Made by a program: the position numbers and the translations under genes. This document shows, piece by piece, positions 1 to 10,400 of a stretch of DNA of 30,526 nt (positions are counted from its first letter, which is position 1; every line of letters begins with the position of its first letter). The notes below the pieces were generated by a model that saw only the letters and a program-made list of their open reading frames with translations, did no database searches and had not been told where the DNA came from. Source of the DNA: Betaproteobacteria bacterium (GTDB lineage: Bacteria > Pseudomonadota > Gammaproteobacteria > Burkholderiales > Casimicrobiaceae); the NCBI GenBank assembly GCA_005883655.1, contig VBDA01000152.1:1-30526 (forward strand). Direction: 5' to 3'.

Positions 1-364
1 CCGTCATCGCGCCGGTGCGCATGTCGGTGATCGACGTGGCGTCGAGCAGCGCGACGGGCATGCCGGTTCGCGGATCGAAAAGATTGAGCAGCGCCATCTC
101 CGATGGCAGCCCGAGCTTGTAGTTGTCGACGTAGTCTCCGACGATCTTGACGCCGGCGAGACCGAGCGGCGCGACATAGCCGCGCAAAACATTGAAGTGA
201 CCGTTGAACGCGGGATCGGGAATGAGGTGCACGCGCGGCTCGATCACGGTCTGCCCGCGACCCTGTGCAAGCAGGCCCGACTCGACCGCACCGAGAATTT
301 CGTCGTCGGTGAGCTTGAGCGCGTCGACGTCCGGACCGTTCAGATAGTGCATGAAGATGCTCAT
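1..364 (-). CDS. Ornithine cyclodeaminase / mu-crystallin family protein, 5' part (runs off the window)
   Basis: Not in the ORF track. Manual translation from ATG at 364: MSIFMHYLNGPDVDALKLTDDEILGAVESGLLAQGRGQTVIEPRVHL...GVKIVGDYVDNYKLGLPSEMALLNLFDPRTGMPVALLDATSITDMRTGAMT. The GxK...NxxxGLP and DxxTGxPxA...TxxRT motifs are typical of OCD/mu-crystallin. The start overlaps the hutF stop (ATGA). Confidence 0.85.
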   Translation of the reverse strand, partial: MSIFMHYLNGPDVDALKLTDDEILGAVESGLLAQGRGQTVIEPRVHLIPDPAFNGHFNVLRGYVAPLGLAGVKIVGDYVDNYKLGLPSEMALLNLFDPRTGMPVALLDATSITDMRTGAMT

Positions 365-1735
365 GACGTAAGCTCCCGCAGCGCTCCCGCATAGCGCGTT
401 GCGATGCCTTCTTCGAGCGCGTGCCGCCCGTCGCGGATGACCCATTGGCCTCCGACCATGACGTGGCGCACCGGGTTGCCGAGCGCGCAGAACACGTAGG
501 CATCGAGCCACGAAGCGCGGTCGCGTCCGATCAGCGACGAATGGTTCGCGTCGAGCACGACGAGATCGGCGCGCTGTCCGGCCATGAGCCCGTTCACCGG
601 TCGGCCCGACGCCTGCGCGCCGCCGTGAAGCGCCTGTCGATAGAGCGTTTCACCGCCAGAGTGTTAGCCTGTGCGGTCACCGGCCGGCCTTACGACATTG
701 CGCTGTCGAAGCTTCAGGCGCTGGCCATACTCGAGCCAGCGCAATTCTTCGGCGCAGCTGGTCGAGATGTTGCTATCGCTGCCGATGCCGTAGACGCCGC
801 CCTCGCCAACATATTCCGGCAGCGCGAAGAAGCCATCGCCGAGATTCGCTTCCGTTGTCGGGCACAGCCCCACTGTTGCTCCCGTCCGTGCTAGCGCGAG
901 TGTTTCGCCCGCTTTCATGTGCGTAGCGTGTACGAGACACCATGCGGGCGAAACCGGCTGCCTGTCGAGGAGCCACTGCACCGGCCGCTGCCCTGACCAG
1001 GCCAGGCAATCGTCGACCTCCTTTGCCTGCTCCGCGACGTGAATGTGAATCGGTCCGCCGCCGATCGCGCCGAGCCCCTCGACCAGCACGTCGAGCGCTT
1101 GCGGAGGAACGGCACGAAGCGAGTGCGGCGCGACGCCGACACGCACCGTATCACCGTGCCACCGGCGCAGGCTCTGCACCATGCCCAACAGCTCCTCCGG
1201 GTCACCGACGAAGCGCCGTTGTTCGGGATGTGGCGGCACGCCACCGAAGCCGGAGGCCATGTACAGCACGGGCAACAGCGTGAGCCCGAGGCCGGCTTCC
1301 TGCGCCGCGGCGATGATGCGCTCGGATATCTCGCCAGGGTTCGCGTAACGTTCACCCTTGGCGTCCCGATGCAGGTAGTGAAACTCACAGACGGAGGTAT
1401 ACCCGCCTTTCAAGAGCTCCACGTAGAGCTGTGCAGCAATGGAGCCGATCGCCTGCCGCGACGAAGCGGTACATCAGATCGCGCCACGTCCAGAAGCTGT
1501 CGGCCAGGTGGTCGGAACCGCTGCTCTCGGCTAACCCTGCCATCGCGCGCTGGAAAGCATGCGAATGCAGGTCGCAAAGTCCGGGAAGCACGGGTCCATC
1601 GATGCGCTCACAACCGTCGGCATTCGCGTCCGCATCGATGCGCACGATGCTTCCTTGCGCGTCGACTTCGCATCGCACGTTACGCGCCCAGCCGTCAGCA
1701 AGCCAGACATCGCTGGCGAACCATGGCTGCCTCAT
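361..1735 (-). pseudogene. hutF: Formimidoylglutamate deiminase, interrupted (frameshift near 1456, in-frame TAA at 664-666)
   Basis: Three ORF pieces (1385-1735, 664-1422, 361-597) carry consecutive HutF motifs: PGLCDLHSHAFQRAMAGL, SFWTWRDLMY, GYTSVCEFHYLH, APHSLRAV, HIHVAEQ, CPTTEANLGDG, GSDSN, RADLVVLD. Interval 598-663 is in frame with both flanking pieces. May be an assembly artefact. Confidence 0.9.
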
Positions 1736-1757
1736 CGGCGGCCACCGGCGGCACGTT

Positions 1758-3041
1758 TCAAGACGGGACCACCGCGAATGTTCCGCCGCGCACGATGCGG
1801 TGACAGGGGTTGTAGCCGAGCCGGTACGCCAGCTCGCCCGGCGACTCGAGATCGTCCCATAGCACGAAATCGGCCGCCAGCCCGGCTTGCAGCATGCCGC
1901 AGCGGTTCTGCAGCCCCAACGCGTGCGCCGCGTGACGCGTTACACCCGCCAGCGCTTCGGCTGGTGTCAGACGAAAGAGCGTGCATGCCATATTGAGCGC
2001 AAGCAGCAAGGATGTCGTCGGCGACGTGCCGGGATTGCAGTCGGTGGCGACCGCCATCGGGACGCCCGCCTTGCGCAACGCGGCGACCGGCGGCACCCGA
2101 GTGTCGCGCAGGAAATAGAACGCCGTGGGGAGGAGCACCGCCACTGTCCCGGCAGCCGCCATGGCCTCGATGCCTGCCGCCGAAAGATGTTCGAGGTGGT
2201 CCGCCGAAAGCGCTCGATAACTAGCGGCGAGCGCGGCGCCGTCCTGGTCGGAAAGCTGCTCCGCATGGAGCTTGACCGGCAAGCCGGCGCGCTGCGCCGC
2301 TTCGAACACCCGCGCAGTTTGGGCGCGGGTGAAACCAATGGTGTCGCAGAAAGCATCGACGGCGTCGACGAGACCCGTCGAGGCGAGCGAGGGGATGACA
2401 TCGTCGCAGACAAAATCGACATACGCGTCGGGCCGGCCCGCGAACTCGCGCGGAAGCGCGTGCGCGCCCAGATAGCTGGTGCGTACTCGAATGCCGAACC
2501 TGTGGCCGAGCCGGCGCGCTACGCGCAGCATCTTCGCTTCGGTGTCCAGATCGAGCCCGTAACCCGACTTGATCTCTATCGTCGTCACGCCCTCGCGCAA
2601 CAACGGCGCAAGGCGGGCGGCGGATTGCTCGAGGAGCTCGTCCTCGGCAGCGGCGCGCGTCGCCGCCACCGTCGCCGCAATGCCGCCTCCCTCGCGCTCG
2701 ATGGATTCATAGGACGCGCCCTTGAGACGGAGCTCGAATTCGCGGGCGCGATTGCCTGCATGCACGATATGAGTGTGGCAATCGATGAGGCCGGGCGTCA
2801 TCCAGCGGCCGCCCGCGTCATGCACGACCATTTTGGCGTCGTCGGGGTCATCGATGCGAGCGTCGAGCGCGCCCGCGGGTAATTCGCGCCGCGGTCCGAC
2901 CCACGCGATGCGCCGGTCCTTCACCGCGAGCGCGCCGTCCATGATCGTGCCGTAAGCGCTCGCCACCGTCATCGTGGCGAGCTGGGCGTTCACCCATAAC
3001 GCGTCCCAGCGCTGGCGAGGAGGCGCACTGCGTACGCTCAC
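1758..3041 (-). CDS. hutI: Imidazolonepropionase
   Basis: Motifs [49 protein letters not shown]. The likely start is GTG at 3041, overlapping the hutD stop (GTGA). The ORF-track start at 3173 lies inside hutD. Confidence 0.95.
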   Translation of the reverse strand: MSVRSAPPRQRWDALWVNAQLATMTVASAYGTIMDGALAVKDRRIAWVGPRRELPAGALDARIDDPDDAKMVVHDAGGRWMTPGLIDCHTHIVHAGNRAREFELRLKGASYESIEREGGGIAATVAATRAAAEDELLEQSAARLAPLLREGVTTIEIKSGYGLDLDTEAKMLRVARRLGHRFGIRVRTSYLGAHALPREFAGRPDAYVDFVCDDVIPSLASTGLVDAVDAFCDTIGFTRAQTARVFEAAQRAGLPVKLHAEQLSDQDGAALAASYRALSADHLEHLSAAGIEAMAAAGTVAVLLPTAFYFLRDTRVPPVAALRKAGVPMAVATDCNPGTSPTTSLLLALNMACTLFRLTPAEALAGVTRHAAHALGLQNRCGMLQAGLAADFVLWDDLESPGELAYRLGYNPCHRIVRGGTFAVVPS

Positions 3042-3361
3042 GGCGCGCCCGCCTCCGTCGGATCCCGCCCTGCGCGCAAGGCCGCGTCCAGAAGCGTCAG
3101 ATGAACGGCGATGATCGCCGGCGAACTCGCTCCGGTCGAGGCGATGCAGAAGGTTTCGCCCGACGGCGAGCACGCATCAATGCGCAGCGTTTGGCCGCTC
3201 TCGGCGAACGGAGGACTTGCGACCTCGCCTCCAATCTTCGCGGAATCCGGCCAGCGCGCGATCTCGGTAGTGATGCCGCCGCCTTTTTTCCACGGCATTA
3301 TGGCGTAGTGCGCGGGCGTCAGCACCGTCGCGGCGGCTCCGAGCGTCGTCCGCGTGACCAA
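3038..3361 (-). pseudogene. hutD: HutD/Ves-family protein, internally deleted (107 aa versus about 190-200 typical)
   Basis: The N-terminal MPWKKGGGITTEIA matches the HutD MPWKNGGGxTxEI motif. The DWR motif is present only out of frame (3228-3239), and the sequence after PF jumps to C-terminal-like sequence. It lies between hutU and hutI. Confidence 0.75.
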
Positions 3362-3374
3362 TGCAATATCCGCA

Positions 3375-5075
3375 TCAATCGATCGAGGGCAGGCGCAGCC
3401 TGTGCTCGCGCGCGCACTCGATCGCGGTCGCGTAACCGGCGTCGGCGTGACGCATCACGCCGGTCGCGGGATCGTTCCAAAGCACCCGCGCGATGCGCTT
3501 GTCGGCTTCCGGCGTGCCGTCGCAGACGATCACCAGGCCTGCGTGCTGCGAGAAACCGATCCCCACGCCTCCACCGTGATGGAAGCTCACCCACGTCGCG
3601 CCGCTTGCGGTGTTGAGCAGCGCGTTGAGAAGAGGCCAGTCGGAAACCGCGTCCGAGCCATCGCGCATCGATTCGGTCTCGCGATTGGGGCTGGCCACCG
3701 ATCCCGCATCGAGATGATCGCGCCCGATGACAATGGGCGCTTTCAACTCGCCGGTGCGCACCATTTCGTTGAAAGCGAGTCCAGCGCGTTCACGTTCGCC
3801 GAGTCCGATCCAGCATATTCGTGCGGGGAGCCCCTGGAACGCAATCCTCTCGCGCGCCATGTCGAGCCAGCGGTGAAGCGGTGCGTCGTCGGGGAAGAGC
3901 TCCTTCATCCTGCGATCGGTCCGGTAGATGTCTTCGGGATCGCCCGACAGAGCGACCCATCTGAACGGGCCCTTGCCCCGGCAGAAAAGCGGGCGGATGT
4001 AGGCAGGAACGAATCCGGGAAAGTCGAACGCGTCGGCGACGCCCTCTTCCCACGCTACCTGACGGATATTGTTGCCGTAATCGACGGTAGGGATGCCCAG
4101 GCGGAGAAATCCCAGCATCGCGCCGACGTGTTTCACGATCGACGCTCTGGCAGCGGTCTCGAGCCCCTTGGCATTGGATTGCTGCGCGTCGCGCCAGCGC
4201 GCGACCGTCCATCCGGCGGGCAAATAGCCGTGCACGAGATCGTGGGCCGAGGTCTGGTCGGTCACGATATCCGGACGCATCCCGCCCGATTGCGAGCGGG
4301 CCAGTATTTCCGGCAGCAACTCGGCCGCGTTGCCGAGGAGCCCGACCGAAGTCGCCGTCTTGCGCTCGACCGCATCGCGAATCATGGCCAGCGCCTGGTC
4401 CAAGCCATGCGCCTTGTGCTCGAGGTAGCGGGTGCGCAAGCGGAAATCGATGCGCGACTCCTGACATTCGATCACCAGCACCGAAGCGCCCGCCAGCACG
4501 CCGGCGAGCGGCTGTGCGCCTCCCATGCCGCCGAGACCCGCGGTCAGGATCCACTTGCCCGAGAGATCGCCTCCGTAGTGCTGGCGGCCGGCCTCGACAA
4601 AGGTCTCGTAGGTACCCTGCACGATCCCCTGCGATCCGATGTAGATCCAGGACCCGGCGGTCATCTGGCCGTACATCATGAGCCCGGCGCGATCCAGCTC
4701 GCTGAATTTCTCCGACGTCGCCCAGTAGGGTACGAGGTTGGAATTGGCAATCAGCACACGCGGCGCGTCAGCATGGGTCTTGAAAACGCCCACCGCTTTG
4801 CCCGACTGAATCAGCAGCGACTCGTCTTCCTCGAGCTCTTTCAGGGCGGCGATAATTCCGTCGTAGCATGGCCAGTTGCGCGCCGCACGGCCGCTGCCAC
4901 CGTAGACCACGAGCCGATGCGGATCCTCGGCCACCTCCGCGTCGAGATTGTTCTGGATCATCCGGTACGCGGCTTCGATCAGCCAGTTCCTGCACGTCAA
5001 AGTCGTCCCGCGCGGTGCCTTGATGACTCGCATTGGATCGAAGCGGAGGTCGTTTTCTGTGCTGGAATGCTTCAA
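3375..5075 (-). CDS. hutU: Urocanate hydratase (urocanase)
   Basis: Full-length, with [85 protein letters not shown]. Start uncertain: TTG 5075 chosen (GAGGG upstream); alternatives are GTG 5144 and ATG 5033. Confidence 0.97.
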   Translation of the reverse strand: MKHSSTENDLRFDPMRVIKAPRGTTLTCRNWLIEAAYRMIQNNLDAEVAEDPHRLVVYGGSGRAARNWPCYDGIIAALKELEEDESLLIQSGKAVGVFKTHADAPRVLIANSNLVPYWATSEKFSELDRAGLMMYGQMTAGSWIYIGSQGIVQGTYETFVEAGRQHYGGDLSGKWILTAGLGGMGGAQPLAGVLAGASVLVIECQESRIDFRLRTRYLEHKAHGLDQALAMIRDAVERKTATSVGLLGNAAELLPEILARSQSGGMRPDIVTDQTSAHDLVHGYLPAGWTVARWRDAQQSNAKGLETAARASIVKHVGAMLGFLRLGIPTVDYGNNIRQVAWEEGVADAFDFPGFVPAYIRPLFCRGKGPFRWVALSGDPEDIYRTDRRMKELFPDDAPLHRWLDMARERIAFQGLPARICWIGLGERERAGLAFNEMVRTGELKAPIVIGRDHLDAGSVASPNRETESMRDGSDAVSDWPLLNALLNTASGATWVSFHHGGGVGIGFSQHAGLVIVCDGTPEADKRIARVLWNDPATGVMRHADAGYATAIECAREHRLRLPSID

Positions 5076-5109
5076 GCGGGTTTTGCCCTCGAACTCTCGA
5101 TCGGCGCGC

Positions 5110-5154
5110 CGATGGTGGATGAAGGCGAACCCGGATGCCGTCACGCCGCCATCG
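5110..5154. repeat. Imperfect inverted repeat (stem-loop) between the EF-G paralog and hutU
   Basis: CGATGGTGG...TGAAGGC-loop-GCCGTCA...CCGCCATCG. No U-tract on either side, so not a classical intrinsic terminator. Confidence 0.55.
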
Positions 5155-5166
5155 ACGCTCGGATTC

Positions 5167-7218
5167 TCATTCCTCTTCGTGCTTGCGGGACTTTCGGTAC
5201 TCCGCCGACAATTGTTGCTGAAGGTTGGCCGGCGCCGGCTCGTAGTGCGACAACTGCATCGTCCAGCTTCCCTGCCCTCCCGTCACCGACTTCAGCCGCG
5301 CCGAGTAGCCGTCCAGCTCGACCAGCGGTGCGAGGCCGGTGATCGCTAGCACTCCCGTCTGCATGCCCTTGGTCCCGGTAACCTGCCCGCGGCGCGACGA
5401 CAGATCGCCGGCGATGTCTCCGGTCTTCGCGTCAGGGCATATCACCTCCACGCTGACGATCGGCTCCAGCACGATGGGCTTTGCCTTTTCGATCGCGTCG
5501 AGGAATGCCTTGCGGCCTGCGGAGACGAACGCGACTTCCTTGGAATCGACGGGGTGGTGCTTGCCGTCGTAGATGACGACGCGCACGTCGTGCATCGGGA
5601 AACCCGCGATGGCGCCCGTGGCGAGGACCTGCTCGACGCCCTTGCGCACCGCCGGCATGAACTGATGCGGAATGACACCGCCCTTGGTCGAGTCAACGAA
5701 CTCGAAGCCCGCTCCGCGCGCCCGCGGCTCGATGCGCAGCGACACTTCTCCGAACTGACCTGCGCCGCCGGTCTGCTTCTTGTGGCGGTGGAAACCGTCC
5801 GCCGGCGCAGTGATCGTTTCGCGATACGGAATGCGCGGTGGCCGGGTCTCGATCTCCAGCTTGAACTGTGTCGCCATGCGCTCGAGGACCGAGCGCAGAT
5901 GCAACTCTCCCAGCGCGCGCAGCACGGTCTCGTTGCTGTTCGGATCGTGCTCGACCACCAAGGTCGGGTCCTCCGCCGTCAGCCGATGCAGCACCTCCCA
6001 GATTCTCTGCTCGTCGCCGCGCTTTTTCGGCGCCAGCGCGACACCCTGCATCGGCGTCGGGAACTCCAGCGGACGCATGTGGATGTGGTCCTCGTCGTGC
6101 GAGTCGTGGAGCACACAGTCGAATTCGATTTCATCGACCTTCGCCACTGCCGCGATGTCGCCGGGCACTGCGCTGTCGATCTCGACGTTCTTTCCGCCTT
6201 GAAGCATGAAGAGGTGCCCGACCTTGAACGGCTTGCGGCTGTCGCCGACAAAAAGCTGCGTATCCCGCGTGACCGTGCCCTGATGGACGCGAAAAACCCC
6301 AAGCTTGCCGACGAAGGGGTCCATCACCACCTTGAACACGTGGGCGAGCACGTGTTTCTTCGGGCTGGGCTCGGAACGGAACTCGACGACGTTCTCGCCC
6401 TCTCCCTTGATGAACAACGGCGGATTTCCTTCGGCGGGATTCGGCAGCAATTTCACGAAGATGTCCAGCAGCTCCGCGACGCCGGCGCCGTTCCGCGCGG
6501 AAACGAAACACACCGGTACCAGGTGCCCCTCGCGCAACGCTTTCTCGAACGGCACATGCAGCTGATCGGGAGAAATCTCGCCTTGCTCGAGGTAGAGCGA
6601 CATCAGTGCTTCGTCGACTTCCACGACCTGATCCACCAACGCACGGTGAGCCTCGGCGACGGAGGAAAAATCCGATTCGCCCGCGGGATTGAAAAAACAA
6701 TCGACGACCCGCCGGCCATTGTCGGAGGGAAGGTTGATCGGCAGGCACTCTTTTCCGAACGTGGCCTGGATGGCGGACAAGAGACTCGGGAGATCGACAT
6801 TTTCGGCGTCGATCTTGTTGACGACCACCAGCCGGCACAATTTCCTCTGCGCGGCCCAGTCCATCATGCGCGAAGCGATCATTTCGATGCCGGACGAAGC
6901 ATTGATCACGACGGCTGCCGTTTCCACCGCGTCGAGCGCGCCGATCGACTGGCCGATGAAATCGGGAAAGCCGGGAGTGTCGATCATGTGCACCCGCGTC
7001 CCTTGCGTTTCCAGATGCAGCACCGACGAGCGCAAGGAATGCTGCCACGCCCGTTCCAGCGGATCGAAATCGCTGACGGCGGAGCCACGTTCAACCGAGC
7101 CGGCGACCTGGACCGACCCCGACTTCAGCAGCAATGCTTCGGCAAGCGTGGTCTTGCCTGACGCTCCGTGACCCACCAGGGCCAGCGTGCGGATATTCTC
7201 CGTGGCGAATTGCGCCAT
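5167..7218 (-). CDS. fusA2: Elongation factor G paralog (EF-G2 / EFG II type), 683 aa
   Basis: G1 [10 protein letters not shown]3 DTPG, G4 NKID; domain [15 protein letters not shown] and HPVDSKE; domain V LEPI...GDLSSRRG. Switch I (WQHSL) and G3 (DTPGF) diverge from canonical EF-G. The gene is outside the str operon. RBS AAGGAGG at 7227-7233. Confidence 0.92.
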   Translation of the reverse strand: MAQFATENIRTLALVGHGASGKTTLAEALLLKSGSVQVAGSVERGSAVSDFDPLERAWQHSLRSSVLHLETQGTRVHMIDTPGFPDFIGQSIGALDAVETAAVVINASSGIEMIASRMMDWAAQRKLCRLVVVNKIDAENVDLPSLLSAIQATFGKECLPINLPSDNGRRVVDCFFNPAGESDFSSVAEAHRALVDQVVEVDEALMSLYLEQGEISPDQLHVPFEKALREGHLVPVCFVSARNGAGVAELLDIFVKLLPNPAEGNPPLFIKGEGENVVEFRSEPSPKKHVLAHVFKVVMDPFVGKLGVFRVHQGTVTRDTQLFVGDSRKPFKVGHLFMLQGGKNVEIDSAVPGDIAAVAKVDEIEFDCVLHDSHDEDHIHMRPLEFPTPMQGVALAPKKRGDEQRIWEVLHRLTAEDPTLVVEHDPNSNETVLRALGELHLRSVLERMATQFKLEIETRPPRIPYRETITAPADGFHRHKKQTGGAGQFGEVSLRIEPRARGAGFEFVDSTKGGVIPHQFMPAVRKGVEQVLATGAIAGFPMHDVRVVIYDGKHHPVDSKEVAFVSAGRKAFLDAIEKAKPIVLEPIVSVEVICPDAKTGDIAGDLSSRRGQVTGTKGMQTGVLAITGLAPLVELDGYSARLKSVTGGQGSWTMQLSHYEPAPANLQQQLSAEYRKSRKHEEE

Positions 7219-7226
7219 GCTTGTTG

Positions 7227-7250
7227 CCTCCTTGAATTTCCGTAATTCTA
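7227..7250 (-). promoter_or_regulatory. Putative -10 box (TAGAAT, 7245-7250) and RBS (AAGGAGG) of the EF-G paralog
   Basis: Read directly on the minus strand. No convincing -35 found. Confidence 0.45.
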
Positions 7251-7388
7251 CCTTGGCCCAGCCTGGATTCGATTTTCCTCAGATGGCCGTCGGTTCGCCG
7301 CCCCTTAAATCATGACCATGGACAGCGCTTGGCGCCTGTAACGCAGGCTGGCTCGGCAAGCGAGTTTTCTTAGAAGACAATGCCGCGC

Positions 7389-7418
7389 AAAAAAAAGCGG
7401 CGCGAAGACTCGCGCCGC
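7389..7418 (-). terminator. Rho-independent terminator of the pil-chp operon
   Basis: Minus strand GCGGCGCGA-GTCT-TCGCGCCGC (perfect 9-bp stem) followed by T8, 21 nt after the chpA stop. Confidence 0.92.
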
Positions 7419-7439
7419 GTTTTGCCGCAAACGGAGCCG

Positions 7440-10400
7440 TCACACAGTATGCAGCGCGAGCAGCTCCCTAAGGTTACGCATCAGCTCTTCTTCCTGGTAG
7501 GGCTTGCCGAGATAGGCGTCGATGCCGAGCTCCTTGGCGCGGTTGCGATGCTTTTCGGCGGTGCGCGACGTGATCATGATGATAGGAATGTGCGCAAGGT
7601 TGTTGTCTGCCTTGATGGTCTTCGCGAATTCGAATCCGTCCATCCGCGGCATCTCGATGTCGAGCAGGATCATATCAGGCCTACGCTCCGCCAATAACTG
7701 GAGCGCGTCGAGGCCGTCCTTGGCGGTGACCACGGCAAATCCTTCGCGCATGAGGAGCCGGCTGGTGATCTTGCGCACGGTCAGCGAATCGTCGACGATC
7801 ATGATCAGCGGCGGCCCCGCGGCCGCTGCAGCCGCAGCCGCAGCGGCGGCCGCCTGCGCAGTCTTGACCACCATCGGCGCTTCGGCGGCGGTATCCAGGC
7901 GTTGCGCAAGCTGCACCGGATTGATGATCAAAACAACTTCACCGGTGCCCAGCACCGTGGCGCCGGAAATCCCGGACACGCGCGCGAGTTGCGGCCCGAT
8001 ATTTTTCACGACCACTTCCTGGGTGCCGATCATCTGATCGACATGAACGGCAGCCAGCGTGTGTCCGCTGCGCAGCAGAAGCACCGAGTTGTACCGCGTA
8101 GTCTCCGGATTGTGGCCCGCGCTGCCGAGCAGCCGCGGCAAATAGAAAAACGGGTATTTTCGGTTCTGCCAGGAAACCTCGCGTGTCAGATAAAGGTTGA
8201 TCAGATCCTTGTCCTTGATCTGCTGTACCTGCTCGACCATCGGCGCGGGAAGCGCCCACAATCTTCCGGCCGCCTTGACCAGCACCGTTTGCGCAACCGC
8301 CAGTGTGAGCGGGAGGTAGGCGGTGAACGACGTTCCTTTTCCGGGATCGCTCGCGACGTCGACCCGTCCGCCGAGGGCGGCGATGTCCGAGCGGACGACG
8401 TCCATTCCCACGCCGCGACCGGAAATCTGCGTCACGGTTGTGGCGGTCGTGAATCCCGGGGCGAAGATGAATTCGATGAGCTGTGCCTCGGTCGGTTCTA
8501 CGTCACCCGTGATCAGGCCCTGTGCGCGCGCCTTGTCGCGGATGCGTCCGAAGTCGAGTCCTGCGCCGTCGTCGGTCAGCTCGATCGCAATTTCATTGCC
8601 CTGCTGGCGCACGTTGAGCGTTATCTCGCCGGTGTCCGGTTTGCCCGAATTTAGCCTCGTTTCACGGCTCTCGATACCATGGTCCAGCGCATTGCGCAGC
8701 AGGTGTTCGAGCGGTCCGACCAGTTTTTCCAGCACGGAGCGATCGAGCTCGACTTGCGTTCCGCGTATCTCGAGATTCGCGCGCTTGTCGAGCTCCTTGG
8801 CTGTTTGACGGAGAATGCGGTAGAGACGCTCCGACAAGCTGCCGAAGGGCACCGTGCGAATCGAAAACAGTTGTTGCTGCACGTCGCGGGAAAGCCGCGC
8901 TTGCGCCAGGAGCGCCGCGTCGGCCTCGTCGAGATTCTTCAGCAGCGATTGCTGGACCGTCGAAACGTCATTGACGCCTTCGGCGAGGCCTCGCGTCAGC
9001 TCCTGGAATCGCGTGTAGCGGTCGAACTCCAGGGGATCGAAGCCTTCCGCCGCCTCGTTGACCATCGACATCCGCGATTGGATCTGCGATTCGGCCTGGA
9101 TCTCGATTTCGCGAACCTGCGACCGCAGGCGAATCACGCTGCTGGTCAGTTCGAGCAGATTGCCCTTCAGCGAGTGCAGCTCGCCTTCGACGCGGGCGCG
9201 AGTGATGGCGACCTCGCCCGCCTCGTTGACCAGACGATCGATAAGGTCGGCACGCACGCGCAGCATCGCCCGGGCCTCGGTATCCGCGCCGGTCGGCTCC
9301 ACGCCCGCGGCGGCCGCCACGACCTCAGCCAAATGCGCTGGCCGCGTCGCTACGGGCAATACCGAAACTATCGTCGGTATCGCCGGTGACGCCATCGATG
9401 TCTCCACCGTCGCCGCGGCCTCCGCGGCCGTTTCCTCACCGATCCACGGCAGTACGGTATCGAACTCGCCTTTTTGCAGACGATCGAGCACGAACGCGAC
9501 ATGGTCGAGATCGTTGTCGAGCGCGTCGAAAAGCTCCGGCGACGCCAGCATCAACACATCGCCAGAGGACAGCCGGCTCTCCATCAGATGCGCGAGCTCG
9601 CCGAGCCTCATTGCGCCGGCCATGCGCGCGCTGCCCTTGAACGTGTGTAGCGTGCGCTGCAGCGCCTGGGAGGCGTCCTTGTCGGCGGGCTTGCGGCGCC
9701 AGGCGCGAAGCTGCTCACCGGTTTGCGGAAACAATTCCGCGGCTTCCTCGAGAAAAATCGGCAGCACCTGCCGATCGACGTCATCGTGGATGTTGGCGAG
9801 CGTTTCGGCGGCGGCAGACGCGCGCTTGGCGGTGGCCGCAGGGGGGGCCGCAGGGCGTGGCGCGGAAGAAGGCGGAGGCGATCGCTCCGCGGCGGCGGAT
9901 GATACGACCGCGGTCAGGATCGGACGATCGGCTGTCGCCAGCGCCGGGCGCTCAGGTCTCGGGGCCTCGACTGGTGGCGGCGTGCTCGCAACGGGTCGGG
10001 GACGGGGCGGAATCGTTTCATCCGCATCGGCTCCGCGAGCGGCGAAAGTTTCGCTGTTGCGGTCCTCGGGCTGGGGCCCGGTTTCCTGACGCAGCGCGTC
10101 GAGCGCGACGATAATTTCCGCCCCCTCGGCCTCGTCTGCGGGGCGGAATCCCGCCCGCTGATCGCGGTCAGTCCCGCGATCGCACGTGCAAGCACCGGCT
10201 GTGCGGCGCCCGGCAGCGGCGCGCCACGCTCCTGCAAGCCGAGCAGGCATGCCTCGAGTGCTTTGGAGACCGTCGCCACCAACGGGAAGCCGCCGGTGCG
10301 GTGAATGCCGCAGAGCGTATGAGCCGCACGCACCATCGCCTGCGAAGGAGTCGCGCTCGAGTCGAATTGGAGCGCGGTCAGCTCTGCGTCGAGTGTCGCG

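Noticed and set aside
1-364. hutG expected downstream of hutF
   Set aside because: The translation shows OCD/mu-crystallin motifs and no N-formylglutamate amidohydrolase motifs. The track ORF 4..192 is a wrong-frame translation.
664-666. Recoded stop (Sec/Pyl read-through) in hutF
   Set aside because: The codon is TAA, not TGA or TAG, and the gene has a second lesion.
3354-7161. Long antisense ORFs (3354..5342, 5554..7161; likewise 1039..1803, 1887..2882, 27303..28769)
   Set aside because: They mirror well-supported genes in GC-rich DNA and contain no recognisable motifs; typical shadow ORFs.
7330-7345. GG-N10-GC sigma54-like motif on the plus strand (TGGCGCCTGTAACGCA)
   Set aside because: Poor -12 context, and it points toward the chpA terminator with no gene to drive.
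10150-10175. Programmed ribosomal frameshift in chpA
   Set aside because: No slippery heptamer at the junction, and residues appear to be missing, which fits a deletion.
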